Shown in pieces: positions 62,064-64,000 of a DNA stretch of 64,000 nt; the first letter of the stretch is position 1, and each line of letters starts with the position of its first letter. Under the pieces are notes generated by a model. It made no database searches. It was not told the origin of the DNA and was given only the letters and a program-made list of their open reading frames with translations. The position numbers and the translations under genes are program-made. The DNA is taken from positions 1,958 to 65,957 of the forward strand of contig CAYGWX010000008.1 of assembly GCA_964353855.1 (NCBI GenBank), in the 5' to 3' direction. The DNA comes from an uncultured bacterium (GTDB lineage: Bacteria; Edwardsbacteria; CAYGWX01).

Positions 62064-62573
62064 ATGGTGAAGACTCTTGGCATCGTTGCGTTGACCGTCC
62101 TGGCCCTCGTTTCCCTGGCCCAGGCCGGGGGGGTCAGCCTGGGGATCAAAGCGGGTTTTGCCGATCCAGGCGGTCTTGCATTAGGTGGCTTAGTTCGCGG
62201 GACTCTCACTCCTAATTGGAGAATCGAGGGTAGTTTGGAGTACTTCGGAGAGGACTTCTGGCGCGACGTCTCGATTAACGGCACGGGTGCTTACGAGTTT
62301 CCTGTTTCAGGTACAGTCCAACCTTACCTTGGTTTCGGGGCTGGCGCCCACATTTTTTCCTGGGAGGAAGGTTTGCACTATTGGCATGGGCATGACGACT
62401 ATTTCGCGAGCCATTCGCATACCTACTTGGGGTTACATCTCCTCGGTGGTGCCGATTTCGAGATCAGCAAGCAGACAAAGATCATTACCGAGATAAAATA
62501 CATTATTATCACAGATCACGACGGAGCGGATGCCCTGACCATCACCGGCGGGGTGGCCTTCAAGCTGAAATAG
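62064..62573 (+). CDS. Small outer-membrane beta-barrel (OmpA/porin-family barrel domain)
   Basis: AAGGAGG RBS, signal peptide, VQPYLGFGAG, LGGADFEI, C-terminal GGVAFKLK. Confidence 0.8.
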   Translation: MVKTLGIVALTVLALVSLAQAGGVSLGIKAGFADPGGLALGGLVRGTLTPNWRIEGSLEYFGEDFWRDVSINGTGAYEFPVSGTVQPYLGFGAGAHIFSWEEGLHYWHGHDDYFASHSHTYLGLHLLGGADFEISKQTKIITEIKYIIITDHDGADALTITGGVAFKLK

Positions 62574-62595
62574 CATCAAACGTTAAAGGAAAATA

Positions 62596-63546
62596 ATGAT
62601 GAAGAGAGTCGTACTAATGATCGCCTGTACCCTTGTCCTGATTACAGGGTCCTGGGCCGGAATCGATTCCAATGCCGGCACGGCGAGCTTCGCGTTTCTG
62701 AAGATCGGGGCCGGGGCCCGACCCGTGGCCCTGGGCGGGGCCTATGTGGGCGTGGCCGAGGGTGCGAACGGCCTGTACTGGAACCCCGGAGCCCTCACCC
62801 GGATGCCCGGCCGGGAGTTCTCGGCCACTTACATGAATTACCTCGTGGGCATGCAGTCGGGGTATGTGGCCTATGCCCAGCCCTGGAGAAAGAACGCGAG
62901 TTTCGGGGTCTCGGTGAACTACCTGAACGGCGGCCAGGTCCAGGAGACCACCCTGGATAATCCCACCGGGGTGGGCCTGCCCAAGTTCAGCCCCGGCGAC
63001 ATCGCCCTGGAGTGGGCCTATGCTCAGGCTCTTTCTCCCTCTCTCTCCCTCGGGGCGGGGGTCAAGATGGTCCGCGAATCGATCAAGAACTACTCCGCGA
63101 TGGGTTTCGCCCTCGACCTGGGGGCGTTCTATCAGCCCCATATCAAAGGTCTGACGCTGGGCGCCTCCCTTTCCAATCTCGGCAAGAAGACCAAGGCCTT
63201 CATCAGCGAAAAGGAGCCTCTCCCGATGGTCTTCCGGGCTGGCCTGGGCTACCGCGTTCCAAGATTCAAGGACAAGGTCCTCCTGGCCCTGGAGGCCGAC
63301 AAGCCCTCGGATAACAAGTTCAATCTTCACCTCGGAAGCGAGGTCGGAATCCACAAATACGCCAGCCTGCGCGCGGGATACGCCTCCACCGGAGGGGACC
63401 TCAGGACGGGCTCGGACACGGACTGGCTGGGCGGGCTCTCCTTCGGCCTCGGGACGCATTACAAGAGCTACCAGATGGATTACGCCTTCACGCCCTATGT
63501 GCAACTGGGCAACGCCCACCGGGTTTCCCTCTCGGCGCGATTTTAA
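62596..63546 (+). CDS. porV: PorV/PorQ-family outer-membrane barrel
   Basis: AGTASFAFLKIGAGARPVALGGAYV, LYWNPGAL, FALDLGAFY, LPMVFRAG, LGNAHRVSLSARF. Confidence 0.85.
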   Translation: MMKRVVLMIACTLVLITGSWAGIDSNAGTASFAFLKIGAGARPVALGGAYVGVAEGANGLYWNPGALTRMPGREFSATYMNYLVGMQSGYVAYAQPWRKNASFGVSVNYLNGGQVQETTLDNPTGVGLPKFSPGDIALEWAYAQALSPSLSLGAGVKMVRESIKNYSAMGFALDLGAFYQPHIKGLTLGASLSNLGKKTKAFISEKEPLPMVFRAGLGYRVPRFKDKVLLALEADKPSDNKFNLHLGSEVGIHKYASLRAGYASTGGDLRTGSDTDWLGGLSFGLGTHYKSYQMDYAFTPYVQLGNAHRVSLSARF

Positions 63547-63620
63547 GGCCTGATGGCTTTCTGGGGACGCATCCCTTTAAGAAAGGGGATGCGTCTCTTA
63601 GTTTGAGGCCGGAGGTTTCC

Positions 63621-64000
63621 TTGAGGCCCCCCTTTGAAGCCGTTTCACGAAAGCTTCTCGCTTGGGGCTCCGGCCGGCGGGAGGATCTTCCCTGGCGCCG
63701 GACCCGCGACCCTTACCGCATCCTGGTCTCGGAAATCATGCTCCAGCAGACTCAGGTCGCGACGGTCATCCCGTACTACCACCAATTCCTGAAAGCCTTT
63801 CCCACCTTGCGGTCTCTGGCCAAGGCCCCCCTGGACAAGGTGCTGAAAGCCTGGGAGGGCCTGGGATATTACGGCCGGGCGAGGAACCTGAGCCGTCTGG
63901 CCCGGGAGGTCATCCGGAACGACGGCGGATGTTTGCCCGCATCCTATGAAGGATGGAGGCGGTTGCCCGGCATCGGAGATTACACCGCCGGGGCCATGGC
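63621..64000 (+). CDS. mutY: A/G-specific adenine glycosylase (partial, runs off window)
   Basis: GGAGG then TTG at 63621; DLPWRRTRDPYRILVSEIMLQQTQV...WEGLGYYGRARNL...LPGIGDYTAGA. Confidence 0.93.
   Translation, partial: MRPPFEAVSRKLLAWGSGRREDLPWRRTRDPYRILVSEIMLQQTQVATVIPYYHQFLKAFPTLRSLAKAPLDKVLKAWEGLGYYGRARNLSRLAREVIRNDGGCLPASYEGWRRLPGIGDYTAGAM

Noticed and set aside
1-64000. rRNA, tRNA, integrase, transposase or prophage genes
   Set aside because: None recognised by eye, including at the island edges; tRNAscan-SE and ISEScan would be needed to exclude them formally

Overview
64 kb of a high-GC, probably anaerobic diderm bacterium. T9SS-type C-terminal sorting tails, a PorV-like barrel, SMC and multiheme cytochromes suggest an FCB-related candidate lineage such as TA06/WOR-3; this taxonomy is inference only. 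Backbone genes: nfeD(partial)/SPFH, DinB, a frameshifted acyl-CoA dehydrogenase, mscL, fprA, livKHMGF, two REC-HD-GYP proteins, smc, ftsY, mtnA, hutH and hutU-hutI-ftcD, a TPR/ExeA-ATPase/TPR cluster, rel, porV and mutY (partial). Accessory content: (1) an AT-rich three-gene island at 29.9-34.7 kb encoding a DNA methyltransferase, a Ser/Thr-kinase fused to an ORC/CDC6-like P-loop ATPase, and a tandem CARF-like Rossmannoid protein. I cannot match it to a named defence system, and it is the best candidate for a new system. (2) An adjacent DUF6266-like/FN3 plus three-TPR operon. (3) A porin + 12-heme + 14-heme-lipoprotein conduit with an orphan copy of its last diheme module 2.6 kb downstream. 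(4) Several secreted propeller, beta-helix and Reeler-like proteins using two different sorting-tail types. Non-coding signals include heptamer arrays at gene junctions, a dispersed 11-bp-period element, a 21-bp palindromic tandem array, NrdR-like boxes, a probable ACG start codon and probable leaderless genes. No rRNA, tRNA, CRISPR array, transposase or integrase was recognised. All assignments are by eye from the sequence; no searches were run.
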